From: Flavobacterium sp.
Lineage (GTDB): Bacteria; Bacteroidota; Bacteroidia; Flavobacteriales; Flavobacteriaceae
Assembly: GCA_030153045.1 (NCBI GenBank)
Contig: JASLID010000002.1
Location: 734 to 64,733 of the forward strand
Direction: 5' to 3'
DNA length: 64,000 bases
Part shown: piece by piece, positions 39,202 through 49,700 of the stretch
How positions within the stretch are numbered: position 1 is the first letter of the stretch
Layout of the letters: every line of letters starts with the position of its first letter
Notes under the pieces: generated by a model
Database searches by the model: none
What the model was told of the DNA's origin: nothing
What the model saw: the letters and a program-made list of their open reading frames with translations, nothing else
Translations under genes and position numbers: made by a program

Positions 39202-39687
39202 TTATTTTTTCTGGGCGACTTCAATTTTTACCATCATTTCTCCTCCGCCTTTATTTACGGCAAGGTACATAAATGCTTTACGAGACAAATCGATTTCGCG
39301 ATTGCGAACAAAAGGGCCTCTGTCATTTACGGTCACTATGACATGTTTTCCGTTCCTTAAATTGGTTATGCGAAGTTTGGTGCCAAAAGCAAATTTTCGA
39401 TGCGCTGCTGTGAGTTTGTTACTATCGTATCTGATACCACTCGCCGTACGTTTTCCATGAAACTTTTTAGCATAATAAGAAGCGTGAGCCTTGCTTTTAT
39501 ATAATTTGTAGTTATAAAGGCCTTCATTTTCAATAATTAGGCTATCTATAGCGATAGAATCAGGTTTAATGGTGTCTTGAACCACAGCAGTTGAAAAAGA
39601 AGGTTTATCAAATTTCTTAAATGAAAAATTTGACACCACAAGGATTGCTATAGTGGTGGTAAGTACCAATAAAAATCTATTTATCAT
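39202..39687 (-). CDS. RlpA-like (septal ring lytic transglycosylase family) double-psi beta-barrel protein
   Basis: DPBB core ASYYAKKFHGKRTASG...VTVNDRGPF...IDLS. The internal Met at 39687 gives a membrane anchor MINRFLLVLTTTIAILV. Confidence 0.8.
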   Translation of the reverse strand: MINRFLLVLTTTIAILVVSNFSFKKFDKPSFSTAVVQDTIKPDSIAIDSLIIENEGLYNYKLYKSKAHASYYAKKFHGKRTASGIRYDSNKLTAAHRKFAFGTKLRITNLRNGKHVIVTVNDRGPFVRNREIDLSRKAFMYLAVNKGGGEMMVKIEVAQKK

Positions 39688-39774
39688 ATTTTGTTTATTA
39701 TAATACATTACACAATTATTCAAATACCATACCTAAAATGAAAAAGCCCTAATTACAGGACTTTTATAAATTTT

Positions 39775-40197
39775 TTACAACCACATTGACCATGGAATTT
39801 TGCTTAAAATAAGTACTAGTCCTAATCCGAAACCTATTAATATTGATTTGAATTTGGCAGTACCATTTTCATTTCGTTTGTGTTTTGACCAACCTATTGT
39901 GATTAAGGTAATCGCAATTATATTGGTTACTGGGTGTTCTAAAGAAGTTAAACGCAAGTCGGCATTTTTCATTTCTCCCAAAACAGCATGCCCTAATGGA
40001 GAAACAAAATACAATATTAACCCCACTACTAACTGAATATGTGTAGCAATTAAACCAAATAAAGCAATTTTTCGGTCTTTAGCCGTGAACTCTTTTTTAG
40101 AGAAAAACCCGAAGGCGCTATTTGCTACAGCTACAACTAATAAAAGCAACGCTAAATAGGCCCATCCTGAATGGAACTTTTGAATAAATTCGTACAT
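39775..40197 (-). CDS. small integral membrane protein (4 TM), function unknown
   Basis: 140 aa. Four hydrophobic helices with several conserved-looking His residues. Confidence 0.6.
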   Translation of the reverse strand: MYEFIQKFHSGWAYLALLLLVVAVANSAFGFFSKKEFTAKDRKIALFGLIATHIQLVVGLILYFVSPLGHAVLGEMKNADLRLTSLEHPVTNIIAITLITIGWSKHKRNENGTAKFKSILIGFGLGLVLILSKIPWSMWL

Positions 40198-40230
40198 TTT
40201 TTGTGTTTTAGTTTACACAAATATAAATAA

Positions 40231-40262
40231 AAAAACAAAACCACGCTGATAGCGTGGTTTTG
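40231..40262 (-). terminator. intrinsic terminator after the TonB-dependent receptor gene
   Basis: Stem AAAACCACGCT/AGCGTGGTTTT with a 3-nt loop and a U-run on the minus strand. Confidence 0.75.
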
Positions 40263-40284
40263 AATATTATATAAAAAACTTGTA

Positions 40285-43221
40285 TTAGAAGTTATATGAG
40301 AATGTGAAATTCCATGTTCTTCCCATACCGAAGAAAACTTGATTTCTTGAATCAACACCATCATAAGTTCCTTTTGCTAAATAATCTTGATATGTAGCAT
40401 ACTGACCCTCTCCAGGTGTAGCTGATTTTAAGTATACAGGAACTGCTGATGGACCACTACCAATTTGCGTTACTACAGAACCATTTTGTAAAGCCCCTCT
40501 ACCATCACCTGCCCCAGAATTAAATTCAGCTTCAGTAGCAACAAATTGATTAGTTCTAGATTCAGAAATATAAATTTCGTTTAAGACATTATTTACATTA
40601 ACTCTTAAATTAAAGAAATCTTTACTATCTTTAGTTCTATTGATTTTATAAGAAATTCCAGCATCCATTAAACCATAAGATGGCAATTCTAAAGTTCCTT
40701 TATTGGTTTCTAAATCAAATTTTGCTGGATCTATACTTGCATATAACTTATCTGAAAATCTGTAATTTCCATCAATTTTAAGACCTTTAGTCACATTTAT
40801 TGTAGCGCCAATACTAGCTGTTGTTTGAGCAACATCTCCAACTTTCGCACCATCAAGATATAATGTTTTATTTGTTCCTCCACCAATTGGCTGATTACCT
40901 ACATCGTATCTATTACTTGTACTATTTCCTTCATACTTCCAGTCTCCAACAGAAATCATTCCGTTCAATGCTAAAAAATTAAAAGGTCTTGCATTCATTT
41001 CTAATTCAATTCCTGAGTGAATTTCTGTAATGCCTGCAAAATCATAATATCCTCCAACATTATCTGGAGCTGCATCAGTAGATCTTTGGTATCTATCTTT
41101 CCAAGAAGTATAATATGCATTTAAGTTAGCGCTAAATTTTGAAGTTTTAAAGCCATATCCAGCTTCAACTCCTAATATTTTTTCATTAACTAAATTACCA
41201 TTAACTAACGATTTATTATTTGGATAAACTGCATTAAAGAATGGTTGTTTAGAATAATAACCTGCATTAACAAAAACATTCATTTTGTCAGTTAAGTTAT
41301 AGTTAGCTCCACCTTTTACGTTACCTCCTAGAATATTTTCGAAATCTGTCTTTTGTAAAGGATCTCCATTTTTGTATTGAAACAAATCTTCTCTGCTAAA
41401 TCCTTGTTGAGAAACTGCACCTTGAACAAATGCAGTTAATTTTTCTGTAGCATACTCTAATTGAGTAAAAGCACCATACCATCTAACATATCCGTTATTG
41501 TTGTAATCAATTTTCTCTTGTTTTTTAACATCTGAAAAAGGATTAAAACTTGGGTCAGACTCATAAGTGTTATACAAAACGTATGGCGTTTGACTAACGT
41601 TAATGTCGTTTGCAGTCCAAACACCACCTGTGCCATAAACAGTTTGAGCATTATATCCTTTTGCACCTAATAAATCTGAAACATTTCTGAAATGATACCC
41701 AGTATATGTTCTAGCATCAAGACCAAAATCTAATGTCAATTTATCTGTAAGCTTTGTATTTAAATTAATTACCCCTCCGTACCAATCATGAGAGTTAATA
41801 GAAGCTCTTCTTACAAATCCAGTTGACCTACTTGCTATTTGTTCACCTCCTACTGGCGCCAAATTTGACGGCCCAGAAATAGCGCCAGGATTAAGAGCAG
41901 ATCCTCCTATCGTTGCCTCTCTATCAGCGGCATTATAAGTTCCTTGGTTGTATGCATAAAAGTCATTAAATGGAACTAATCCATCTGCTGTTTTATATTG
42001 AAATGGAGATCTTCCTATATTACCTGTTCCGCCTCCACGACCCCAAGAGCCATAAAAAACTGAAGACAATTTCATTCTATCACTTATTTTCCAATCATAA
42101 TTTAAAGATGCAACTGGTTTATGATAGAAATTTCTAGCCCATGAAAATTCTTCACCATTTAAATAACCATAATCAGAGTTATACTTAATGTTTGGAGAAT
42201 TATTTGTCTGGTCTCCAAATTTAATATACGAACCTAAATGATTTGCAAAACTTCTTTGGTTGTGCCATTGAGGCGCGCCAGTAATGGTAAATTGAATATC
42301 ATGTTTGTCATTAAACTCATATCCAATACCTACAAAATAATTTTGACCTGAAAATTTAGTCCCATTCACATATCCATCACCCGTTGTATTACTAAATAAT
42401 ACAGAAGCTGACAAACCGTTTTTCATTTTACCTGTGGAGTATGATGCCATCGTTTTAAAGTAATCATCATTACCTAAAGTAGCTGTAACTGACCCGCCTT
42501 CTTTAGCATCAGACGTTCTAGTTAATACATTGATAGTTCCTCCTACAGAAGAAATAGCCAATTTAGACGAACCTAATCCTCTTTGTACTTGCATAGCAGT
42601 AGTCACATCAGACAAACCTGCCCAGTTACTCCAGAAAACCGAACCGTTTTCCATATCATTAACCGGAACTCCATTAATCATTACCGCAATGTTTCTTTGG
42701 TCGAAACCACGAATATTAATTCTTGAATCTCCAAAACCACCACCTTGTTTTGTTACATAAACAGAAGGCGTATTGGCTAAAATTTCAGGAAATTCTTGAT
42801 TCCCCAATTTTTCTTTAATTTCTGCAGCTTTAATAGTTGATGAAGCCACTGGTGTTTTTCTGTCTTTAGCCACGTCAATAACTGTTGACGTAATGACTAT
42901 CTCCCCTAAAGTGTTCTCTTCGTCAATTAAATTAATTGTTCCTAAATCAGCTTGTCCATTAACGATTGAAAAGCTTACAATTGCAGTTTTGTAACCTAAA
43001 AATGACACCGCAATATTCCCTGCTGAATCGTTTGAATTTAAGGTAAAAGTACCGTCAAAACTAGTTGACGTCCCTACTCTCGTTCCTTGTATTACTACGT
43101 TTGCTCCAGGTAACGCGCCATTTTTGTCTTGCACCGTTCCTGTCACTTTTCCTTGAGCAAATACTGTTGAAATGCTTAAGAAAAAGAAAGTCACTAAAAA
43201 CCAATTTTTAATGTTTCTCAT
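40285..43221 (-). CDS. TonB-dependent receptor with N-terminal carboxypeptidase-regulatory-like domain
   Basis: 978 aa. Signal peptide, a CarbopepD_reg-like segment (GKVTGTVQDKNGALPGANVVIQGT), plug region, long beta-barrel and a terminal aromatic residue (..FSYNF). No adjacent SusD-like gene. Confidence 0.9.
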   Translation of the reverse strand: MRNIKNWFLVTFFFLSISTVFAQGKVTGTVQDKNGALPGANVVIQGTRVGTSTSFDGTFTLNSNDSAGNIAVSFLGYKTAIVSFSIVNGQADLGTINLIDEENTLGEIVITSTVIDVAKDRKTPVASSTIKAAEIKEKLGNQEFPEILANTPSVYVTKQGGGFGDSRINIRGFDQRNIAVMINGVPVNDMENGSVFWSNWAGLSDVTTAMQVQRGLGSSKLAISSVGGTINVLTRTSDAKEGGSVTATLGNDDYFKTMASYSTGKMKNGLSASVLFSNTTGDGYVNGTKFSGQNYFVGIGYEFNDKHDIQFTITGAPQWHNQRSFANHLGSYIKFGDQTNNSPNIKYNSDYGYLNGEEFSWARNFYHKPVASLNYDWKISDRMKLSSVFYGSWGRGGGTGNIGRSPFQYKTADGLVPFNDFYAYNQGTYNAADREATIGGSALNPGAISGPSNLAPVGGEQIASRSTGFVRRASINSHDWYGGVINLNTKLTDKLTLDFGLDARTYTGYHFRNVSDLLGAKGYNAQTVYGTGGVWTANDINVSQTPYVLYNTYESDPSFNPFSDVKKQEKIDYNNNGYVRWYGAFTQLEYATEKLTAFVQGAVSQQGFSREDLFQYKNGDPLQKTDFENILGGNVKGGANYNLTDKMNVFVNAGYYSKQPFFNAVYPNNKSLVNGNLVNEKILGVEAGYGFKTSKFSANLNAYYTSWKDRYQRSTDAAPDNVGGYYDFAGITEIHSGIELEMNARPFNFLALNGMISVGDWKYEGNSTSNRYDVGNQPIGGGTNKTLYLDGAKVGDVAQTTASIGATINVTKGLKIDGNYRFSDKLYASIDPAKFDLETNKGTLELPSYGLMDAGISYKINRTKDSKDFFNLRVNVNNVLNEIYISESRTNQFVATEAEFNSGAGDGRGALQNGSVVTQIGSGPSAVPVYLKSATPGEGQYATYQDYLAKGTYDGVDSRNQVFFGMGRTWNFTFSYNF

Positions 43222-43395
43222 TTGTGATATTTAATTTTTTGTTTGGGTACAAAATTCTTATAAATATCCTTCACTAATGTTAACTTAATGTTAATATTAT
43301 GAAGTTAAAATTATGCACGCATAACAATAAAAATAAAACATTATTTAGAAAATGGCTTTTTTATTAAAGAAAAATCAATTTAAGACTTACAAATC

Positions 43396-45036
43396 TTATT
43401 TGTTTAGAAAATAATTCAATAAAAAATTAGTTGAAGCATCGTGCTTGTTAGAAGTTGAAGTGTTAACTTCTTCCAAAATTGAATGTGCTAATTGTTTTCC
43501 TAATTCGACCCCCCATTGGTCATAACTAAAGATATTCCATACTATTCCTTGAACAAAGATTTTATGTTCATACATAGCAATTAAAGCTCCTAAAGTTTCG
43601 GGGGTTAATGAAGATATTAGAATGGTATTGGTAGGTTTATTACCTTCAAAAGTTTTAAAAGGCAATGAATTGTTCATTTTAGCACCCAAAACATTTTGTC
43701 TTTCAAATTCGGATAGAACTTGAGCTTGTGCCTTGCCATTCAGCAAAGCTTCTGTTTGAGCAAAAAAGCTCGACATTAATTTATTGTGATGGTCTTTGTT
43801 TCCATGCAATGGGTTTAAAAAACCTATAAAATCTGTAGGGATCAACTTTGTTCCTTGATGAATTAACTGGAAAAAAGCGTGTTGTGCATTACTTCCTGGC
43901 TCTCCCCAAATAATAGTTCCGGTTTGGTAATTAATCTGATCACCATTTCTATCAACACTTTTCCCGTTGCTTTCCATAATACCTTGCTGCAGATATGGTG
44001 CTAATTTTTGCAAATATTGTGTATATGGAATGATGGCTTCGGTTTCGGAACCAAAAAAATTATTGTACCAAATGCTTAACAAGGCTAAAATTACTGGAAT
44101 GTTTTTATCGAAAGGCTCGCTTTTAAAATGACTGTCCATTTTATGGGCTCCAGCTAACAATTTTTCAAAATTATCAAACCCAACAGCTAAACTTATTGTG
44201 AGTCCAACGGCACTCCAAATAGAAAACCGTCCGCCTACCCAATCCCACATGGGGAAAGTGTTATTTTCAGCGATACCAAATTCAGTAACTTTTTGAATAT
44301 TCGCAGAAACAGCTACAAAATGTTGGGCCACATCATCTTGCTTGGCCGACTTTAAAAACCATCCTCGAATAGTTTCTGCATTTGAAATTGTTTCTTGCGT
44401 AGTAAATGTCTTGGAAACAACAACAAACAAAGTAGTTTCTGGATTTAACTTTTTTAAAACTTCACTTACATGATCGCCATCCATATTAGAAACAAAATGC
44501 ACATTTAAGTGATTTTTGTAAAACTGTAAGGCATCAACAACCATATTAGGACCTAAATCTGAACCTCCAATACCAATGTTGACAATATCTGTAAATGGCT
44601 TTCCTGTATACCCTTTCTTATTTCCTGAAATAATATCGTTGGAAAAAGTGTTTATTTTGTTTTTAACTTCCTGTATTTCTAAAGCAATGTTTTGCCCATT
44701 AACAAGAATGGATTTCTGATTTACATCTCTCAATGCAGTATGTAGTACCGCACGATTTTCTGTTTCATTGATATTATCTCCCGAAAAATAGGATGCTATG
44801 GCTTTTTCTAACTCTGTCTCTTTAGCTAGCTCTAAAAGTAAGTTGATTGTTTTTTGATCGATTCTGTTTTTAGAATAATCCACTAAAAAATCATCCCATT
44901 TGATATGAAATTTCTCGACTCTTGTTTCGTCTTCTTGAAACATTTCTTGCATAGACCTATTAACCATTGTAGCGTGATGCTCTTTTAGTTTTTGCCAAGC
45001 AAGGGTTTTCGTCGGATTTATTTTAGGTAATGACAT
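43396..45036 (-). CDS. pgi: glucose-6-phosphate isomerase
   Basis: 546 aa. GIGGSDLGP, and the SKTFTTQET and GxxxHQGT-region signatures. Confidence 0.95.
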   Translation of the reverse strand: MSLPKINPTKTLAWQKLKEHHATMVNRSMQEMFQEDETRVEKFHIKWDDFLVDYSKNRIDQKTINLLLELAKETELEKAIASYFSGDNINETENRAVLHTALRDVNQKSILVNGQNIALEIQEVKNKINTFSNDIISGNKKGYTGKPFTDIVNIGIGGSDLGPNMVVDALQFYKNHLNVHFVSNMDGDHVSEVLKKLNPETTLFVVVSKTFTTQETISNAETIRGWFLKSAKQDDVAQHFVAVSANIQKVTEFGIAENNTFPMWDWVGGRFSIWSAVGLTISLAVGFDNFEKLLAGAHKMDSHFKSEPFDKNIPVILALLSIWYNNFFGSETEAIIPYTQYLQKLAPYLQQGIMESNGKSVDRNGDQINYQTGTIIWGEPGSNAQHAFFQLIHQGTKLIPTDFIGFLNPLHGNKDHHNKLMSSFFAQTEALLNGKAQAQVLSEFERQNVLGAKMNNSLPFKTFEGNKPTNTILISSLTPETLGALIAMYEHKIFVQGIVWNIFSYDQWGVELGKQLAHSILEEVNTSTSNKHDASTNFLLNYFLNK

Positions 45037-45085
45037 TTGGTTTATTCTATTGTTGAAATTGCAAATTTACAATTTTTAAAACTTA

Positions 45086-46303
45086 CTATCGAAGTGCGGC
45101 AACACTATCAAGCTCTCTTTTTAATGGTGCTATGAACGCTAAATATTGCGGTTTGTTTTTGCGGTCCATAGGTATCGAATTGGGTAACTTGAGTTTTAAA
45201 GCATCTACTTGTTTTCCGTTTTTCCAGAAACGATAACAAACATGCGGACCTGTTGCTAAACCCGTACTTCCCACTTTCCCGATGATTTGCCCTTGTGTTA
45301 CATGCTGACCCCGACGAACTAACACCCGAGACATGTGCAAATATTGTGTCGAATAAGTTTTATCGTGTTTTACTTTTACGTGATTGCCATTTCCTGCCGA
45401 ATAACCTGCTAATTCAACAACTCCGCTTGCGGTCGACATAATGGGCGTTCCCGTTGGAGCAGCATAATCGGTGCCATTGTGTGGTTTAAAAAACTTTTGC
45501 ACCGGATGAAAACGTCTTTTTGTAAAACGAGAGGTGATATTGATTGATTTTAATGGCGCTTTTAAGAAAAAATTCTTTAAGACTTTGCCTTCTTCATCGT
45601 AATATTCCAGTTTGCTTTTCGCATTTTGTTTGTATGGGAAGGCGTAAATTTTCTTCCCTTTATATTCAAAAAAAGCACATTCTAACGAATCGACTCCGTC
45701 ATAAATACTGTCGTTGATAAATCTTTCGGTAAATGTAACCGCAAATTTATCTCCTTTTTGAGATTTAAAAAAATCAATAGACCATTTATAAACACCCATT
45801 AACTTACTGGTCAAGGACGCAGAAGCGCCTTCGTTTTTAAGCGTTTCCGATAGCGACCCGTTTAGCTCTCCTGCTACCGTTCTTCGTTTAAAAGTAACTG
45901 GTTTGGTTTTTTTTGAGGCTTTTGCAATCGAATCGGTAAAATCGACTATGTAATAATTTAATTGATCAGGTTGGTAGATGAAATATTGTAGCTTCTTAGT
46001 TTTGTCCTTTGAAAGCAACATGGTGTATGGCTTGTCAATTCTTACAATACGTACATTGAAGGAATCTTTTACTTTAGCAATAACATCATATACTTGTTTT
46101 CCGTTTAGATTTTGTTTTTGGATAATACTCCCAAAGGTATCATCCTTTTTTATAGAATCTTGAATAACGAAGAAATCATTTAGTTTAAATCCAAAATCAT
46201 AAACTATAGGCTCTGGCTTTTTTACAGGCAGAACTTGTTTGATGTCTTTTTTGCACGAAATAATTAGTAGCGCAATGACTAAAAGCGTTATGATTTTTTT
46301 CAA
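45086..46303 (-). CDS. M23 family metallopeptidase lipoprotein
   Basis: 405 aa. Lipobox IISC and LytM-type motifs HNGTDYAAPTGTP and HVKVKH..YLHMS. Confidence 0.85.
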   Translation of the reverse strand: MKKIITLLVIALLIISCKKDIKQVLPVKKPEPIVYDFGFKLNDFFVIQDSIKKDDTFGSIIQKQNLNGKQVYDVIAKVKDSFNVRIVRIDKPYTMLLSKDKTKKLQYFIYQPDQLNYYIVDFTDSIAKASKKTKPVTFKRRTVAGELNGSLSETLKNEGASASLTSKLMGVYKWSIDFFKSQKGDKFAVTFTERFINDSIYDGVDSLECAFFEYKGKKIYAFPYKQNAKSKLEYYDEEGKVLKNFFLKAPLKSINITSRFTKRRFHPVQKFFKPHNGTDYAAPTGTPIMSTASGVVELAGYSAGNGNHVKVKHDKTYSTQYLHMSRVLVRRGQHVTQGQIIGKVGSTGLATGPHVCYRFWKNGKQVDALKLKLPNSIPMDRKNKPQYLAFIAPLKRELDSVAALR

Positions 46304-46397
46304 TAGTGACTTGATTTTTTTAAATTTTTCCTAATTAATAATTAGGCTTATAAAATTTAATAGCTGGGTTTATAAAGCTAATATAAGAAATTTTAGT

Positions 46398-47315
46398 TTA
46401 CTCGCCCCAAGTAGCTAATTCTTGTTCTGACCAAAGTTCAGGGAAAAATATTCTTCTTTGGTATTTTGGATGCATGTATTTTTTCCAATCGCTTCCACCA
46501 GTAGCTTCACCATCGCCTTTTCCGTTGTCAATATATTTTCTAGCTGCATTAAGATGCCCCATTACCCATGTAATATTGACTGTGTAGTCATAATGACGCA
46601 TGGCAGCAATTAAATCAGGATTTTTTTGATCGGCTTCCGGAATTTGTTTGAATTTACGCCAAAGATTGATCGTATTATATTCTTCCATACAATCTAGGAA
46701 TTCCTTTTTGTATCTTTTTTCAAATTCTTTCAAAAAGTATGATTTCTCTCCAGTAGTATAATCTTTTCCAGCGGCTTGCCAATACAAGTGTTCGAAAGCA
46801 TGCTCGTAAGGCGTATTTCTATCAATCGTTGCTCTAAAACGATGGTCAATTAGATTAATCAAATCGGTTGAACAAAATTCAATCATGCGGTACTGCGCGC
46901 TTTGAAAACCACTCGCCGGGGTTAATGTATGTCTGAATTTCATGTACTGTTCTACTTCCATCCCGTCGCCCATAATAGTAAACGAAGTGGTTAGCATATC
47001 GAAATAACGACTGATTCGCATTAATCTTTCAGTAAAGAATTCAGTGGAAGGTTTTTCAGTATGAGACAACTGATTGATTTCCCATAAAATCATTTTAAAC
47101 AACAATTCATTAATTTGATGATACATGATAAACACGTTTTCATCCGGTAATGTAGTACGTTGCACCTGCAAATTTAATAAGGCATCGGTTTGAATATAAT
47201 CCCAATACGTAATGGGTTTGGCCCAAAGGAGTCCTTCCAAATGCGCTTCGGTTTTTTGATTAATAGATTTATATTTTTGATCTATTTCGTTTACAATTTC
47301 TGAAAAATTACTCAT
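46398..47315 (-). CDS. kynA: tryptophan 2,3-dioxygenase
   Basis: 305 aa. Helical TDO-family pattern (..YWDYIQTDALLNLQ.., ..SGFQSAQYR..). Confidence 0.8.
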   Translation of the reverse strand: MSNFSEIVNEIDQKYKSINQKTEAHLEGLLWAKPITYWDYIQTDALLNLQVQRTTLPDENVFIMYHQINELLFKMILWEINQLSHTEKPSTEFFTERLMRISRYFDMLTTSFTIMGDGMEVEQYMKFRHTLTPASGFQSAQYRMIEFCSTDLINLIDHRFRATIDRNTPYEHAFEHLYWQAAGKDYTTGEKSYFLKEFEKRYKKEFLDCMEEYNTINLWRKFKQIPEADQKNPDLIAAMRHYDYTVNITWVMGHLNAARKYIDNGKGDGEATGGSDWKKYMHPKYQRRIFFPELWSEQELATWGE

Positions 47316-47318
47316 AAT

Positions 47319-48092
47319 TTAATCTGCTATTACCATGAATGGATTTTTTAATCCTTTGAAAGATTCTAAATCGGCTTTTAGTGATCCTACGGCTAAACTG
47401 GCTTTTATTCTTAAAGGAATTTTGTTTTCATCGTCTGAAATCCAAACAGTTAAACTTTCCTCTTCCTTAAAAACACGTCCAGATTGAACCAGTGGTCTAA
47501 AAATCATTGTTTTTACTTTTCCAAATTTAGTTCTTAATGTTTCGCGACCAATGTATTTTAGCTTAAATTTCACAATTTCGTCATCAAAAAACATATCAAT
47601 CATGATAGATTCACCCACTTTTAATTTATCGATCGTAGGATGATTTCTCAAATAATAGAATGAAGAAACGATATCCTGAACATTTTCGGTAACATTAAAA
47701 GTTTTTTCGGTACTGTTTTTATAATCTTTTACAAAAACCGTGTTTTTATCCTGATTGAAAAATCCTTCTTGATTTTTGGTATAACCCCCTTCATCAATTT
47801 TACGAAGAAATTGATATGGCTTTGAAGTTGTTTTATCTATAAATGATTGGTAATGGTCTTCTACTTTAAAAAAAGCTTTTGTCACTCCAGAAGTATAACC
47901 ATGTCCTACTGCGTAAAACACCTTTTTATTATCTTTAGTAGCTTCTTTAACTTCGAGTGTTGCGTAACCAGCAGTTACCAATCCGTAGTGTATTCTAAAT
48001 TTAAACCATTCGCCCACATCAAAAGCGGTAGGCTTTTGCGCAAAAATTGCTACTGTAAATAGTAAGACAAAAGGGAGTAAAATTCGTTTCAT
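47319..48092 (-). CDS. DUF3108-like secreted protein
   Basis: The internal Met gives the signal peptide MKRILLPFVLLFTVAIFAQ. An all-beta protein resembling the DUF3108 family. The assignment is from memory of the family, not a search. Confidence 0.6.
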   Translation of the reverse strand: MKRILLPFVLLFTVAIFAQKPTAFDVGEWFKFRIHYGLVTAGYATLEVKEATKDNKKVFYAVGHGYTSGVTKAFFKVEDHYQSFIDKTTSKPYQFLRKIDEGGYTKNQEGFFNQDKNTVFVKDYKNSTEKTFNVTENVQDIVSSFYYLRNHPTIDKLKVGESIMIDMFFDDEIVKFKLKYIGRETLRTKFGKVKTMIFRPLVQSGRVFKEEESLTVWISDDENKIPLRIKASLAVGSLKADLESFKGLKNPFMVIAD

Positions 48093-48154
48093 TTCTTGTT
48101 GATTTATATTGTTTTCAATTAAAGAATACAATATTCATTCCAAAAGTACTAAAA

Positions 48155-48190
48155 AACAAAAAACCCAGTCAAAAGATGACTGAGTTTTTA
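48155..48190 (-). terminator. intrinsic terminator after hppD
   Basis: Imperfect stem (CAGTC/GACTG plus a flanking G-C and A-T pairs) followed by a U-run on the minus strand. Confidence 0.6.
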
Positions 48191-48387
48191 TGCTATTAAC
48201 CAACCAAAAAACTATAAATTATGAAAATTTATACAATTTCGAGGGAACCACCCCTCTGTATTGCTCTGCAAAGGTAGGTTATAAATTCATTTAATTCAAC
48301 AAAAAGTCAACTTTAACATTTATTTATCAAAAAAATCATCCTGACAAGAACAAATGTTATCAAATTGTTAAAGAAATTGACTTTTTT

Positions 48388-49575
48388 TTATAAAGTCCCT
48401 CTTTTTGCTTGTTCTCTTTCGATAGATTCGAATAAAGCTTTGAAGTTTCCGGCTCCAAAACCTTTGGCTCCCATTCTTTGAATGACTTCGAAGAAAAGTG
48501 TTGGACGGTCTTCAATTGGTTTTGTAAAAATTTGCAACAAATAACCTTCTTCATCGGCATCAATCATGATTCCTAATTTCTGAAGTTCATTAATGTCTTC
48601 TTTAAATTTAGACATGTGATCTTTCAATCTTTCAGGAATAGCGTCATAATAAGCTTGCGGTGGTGTACTTAAAAATTCGATTCCACGAGAACGCATATCG
48701 GCAACTGTTTTGAGAATATCATCTGTAGCTACTGCAATATGTTGCACTCCTTCACCCTCATAGAAATCTAAATATTCTTCAATTTGAGAACGTTTTTTCC
48801 CTTCAGCTGGTTCATTGATTGGGAATTTTATTCTACCATTTCCATTGGACATCACTTTTGACATCAAAGCAGAATACTCGGTAGTAATTTGCTTGTCATC
48901 AAAAGAAAGGAAATTCACAAATCCCATCACATCTTCAAACCATTTTACTGCTTCATTCATTCTGTTCCAACCTGTATTTCCAACCATGTGGTCAATGAAT
49001 TTTAATCCAACAGGTTCAGGATTGTAATCCGATTTCCATTCGCTGTACCCTGGTAAAAAGATTCCTTTATAATTTTTACGTTCCACAAAAACAAAAACGG
49101 TTTCTCCATATGCGCCATATATACCTGCACGCACTACTTCACCATTTTCATCTTTTTCCACTGTTGGCTCAAAATATGGTTTTGCACCACGTTTTGTCGT
49201 TTCCTCGAATGCCGAACGCGCATCTTCAACCCAAAGAGCTATCACCTTAACACCATCTCCGTGTTTTTTTACGTGTTCTCCAATTGGCGAATCACTATTT
49301 AAAGCGGTAGTTAGTACCAAACGGATTTTGTCTTGTTTTAACACATAAGATGCCCTATCCTTTACTCCTGTTTCTAATCCGGCATAGGCCAATGACTGAA
49401 AACCAAAAGCGGTTTTATAGAAGTGTGCTGCTTGTTTGGCATTACCTACATAAAATTCTACATAATCTGTCCCTAACAATGGAAGGAAATCTTGTGCTCC
49501 TTCAAATATTTTTTCTAAGCCGTATTCGACTGATTTTATTTCGTTACTCATTGTATTTATTTTTTGAATCGGCAT
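48388..49575 (-). CDS. hppD: 4-hydroxyphenylpyruvate dioxygenase
   Basis: 395 aa. Two vicinal-oxygen-chelate modules, with iron ligands in IDHMVGN, GVQHIA and FFEVIQR. An alternative start is the Met at 49551 (MSNEIK..). Confidence 0.9.
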   Translation of the reverse strand: MPIQKINTMSNEIKSVEYGLEKIFEGAQDFLPLLGTDYVEFYVGNAKQAAHFYKTAFGFQSLAYAGLETGVKDRASYVLKQDKIRLVLTTALNSDSPIGEHVKKHGDGVKVIALWVEDARSAFEETTKRGAKPYFEPTVEKDENGEVVRAGIYGAYGETVFVFVERKNYKGIFLPGYSEWKSDYNPEPVGLKFIDHMVGNTGWNRMNEAVKWFEDVMGFVNFLSFDDKQITTEYSALMSKVMSNGNGRIKFPINEPAEGKKRSQIEEYLDFYEGEGVQHIAVATDDILKTVADMRSRGIEFLSTPPQAYYDAIPERLKDHMSKFKEDINELQKLGIMIDADEEGYLLQIFTKPIEDRPTLFFEVIQRMGAKGFGAGNFKALFESIEREQAKRGTL

Positions 49576-49622
49576 CAGATGTTGCTGGTTACCGAAATAG
49601 TTGTTGTTTATTTTTATATTTC

Positions 49623-49700
49623 TAGCCCTGATGGAAGCGACATCCTTTTTGTTTTTTCTTTAAAAACAAAAAGATATAGCGTACAGCAGGAAATAGCTTC
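49623..49700. repeat. hairpin-containing intergenic repeat, copy B
   Basis: TAGCCCTGATGGAAGCGAC-ATCCTTTTTGTTTTT..loop..AAAAACAAAAAGAT-ATAGCGTACAGCAGGAAATAGCTTC. It fills most of the hmgA-hppD spacer. Confidence 0.75.

Noticed and set aside
40152-40364. 70-aa minus-strand ORF spanning the gap between the TonB-dependent receptor and the small membrane protein
   Set aside because: It overlaps the 3' end of the receptor, the terminator hairpin and the 5' end of the next gene. It has no independent support.
48360-48563. 67-aa minus-strand ORF overlapping the hppD 3' end
   Set aside because: It is an alternative frame of a confident CDS.
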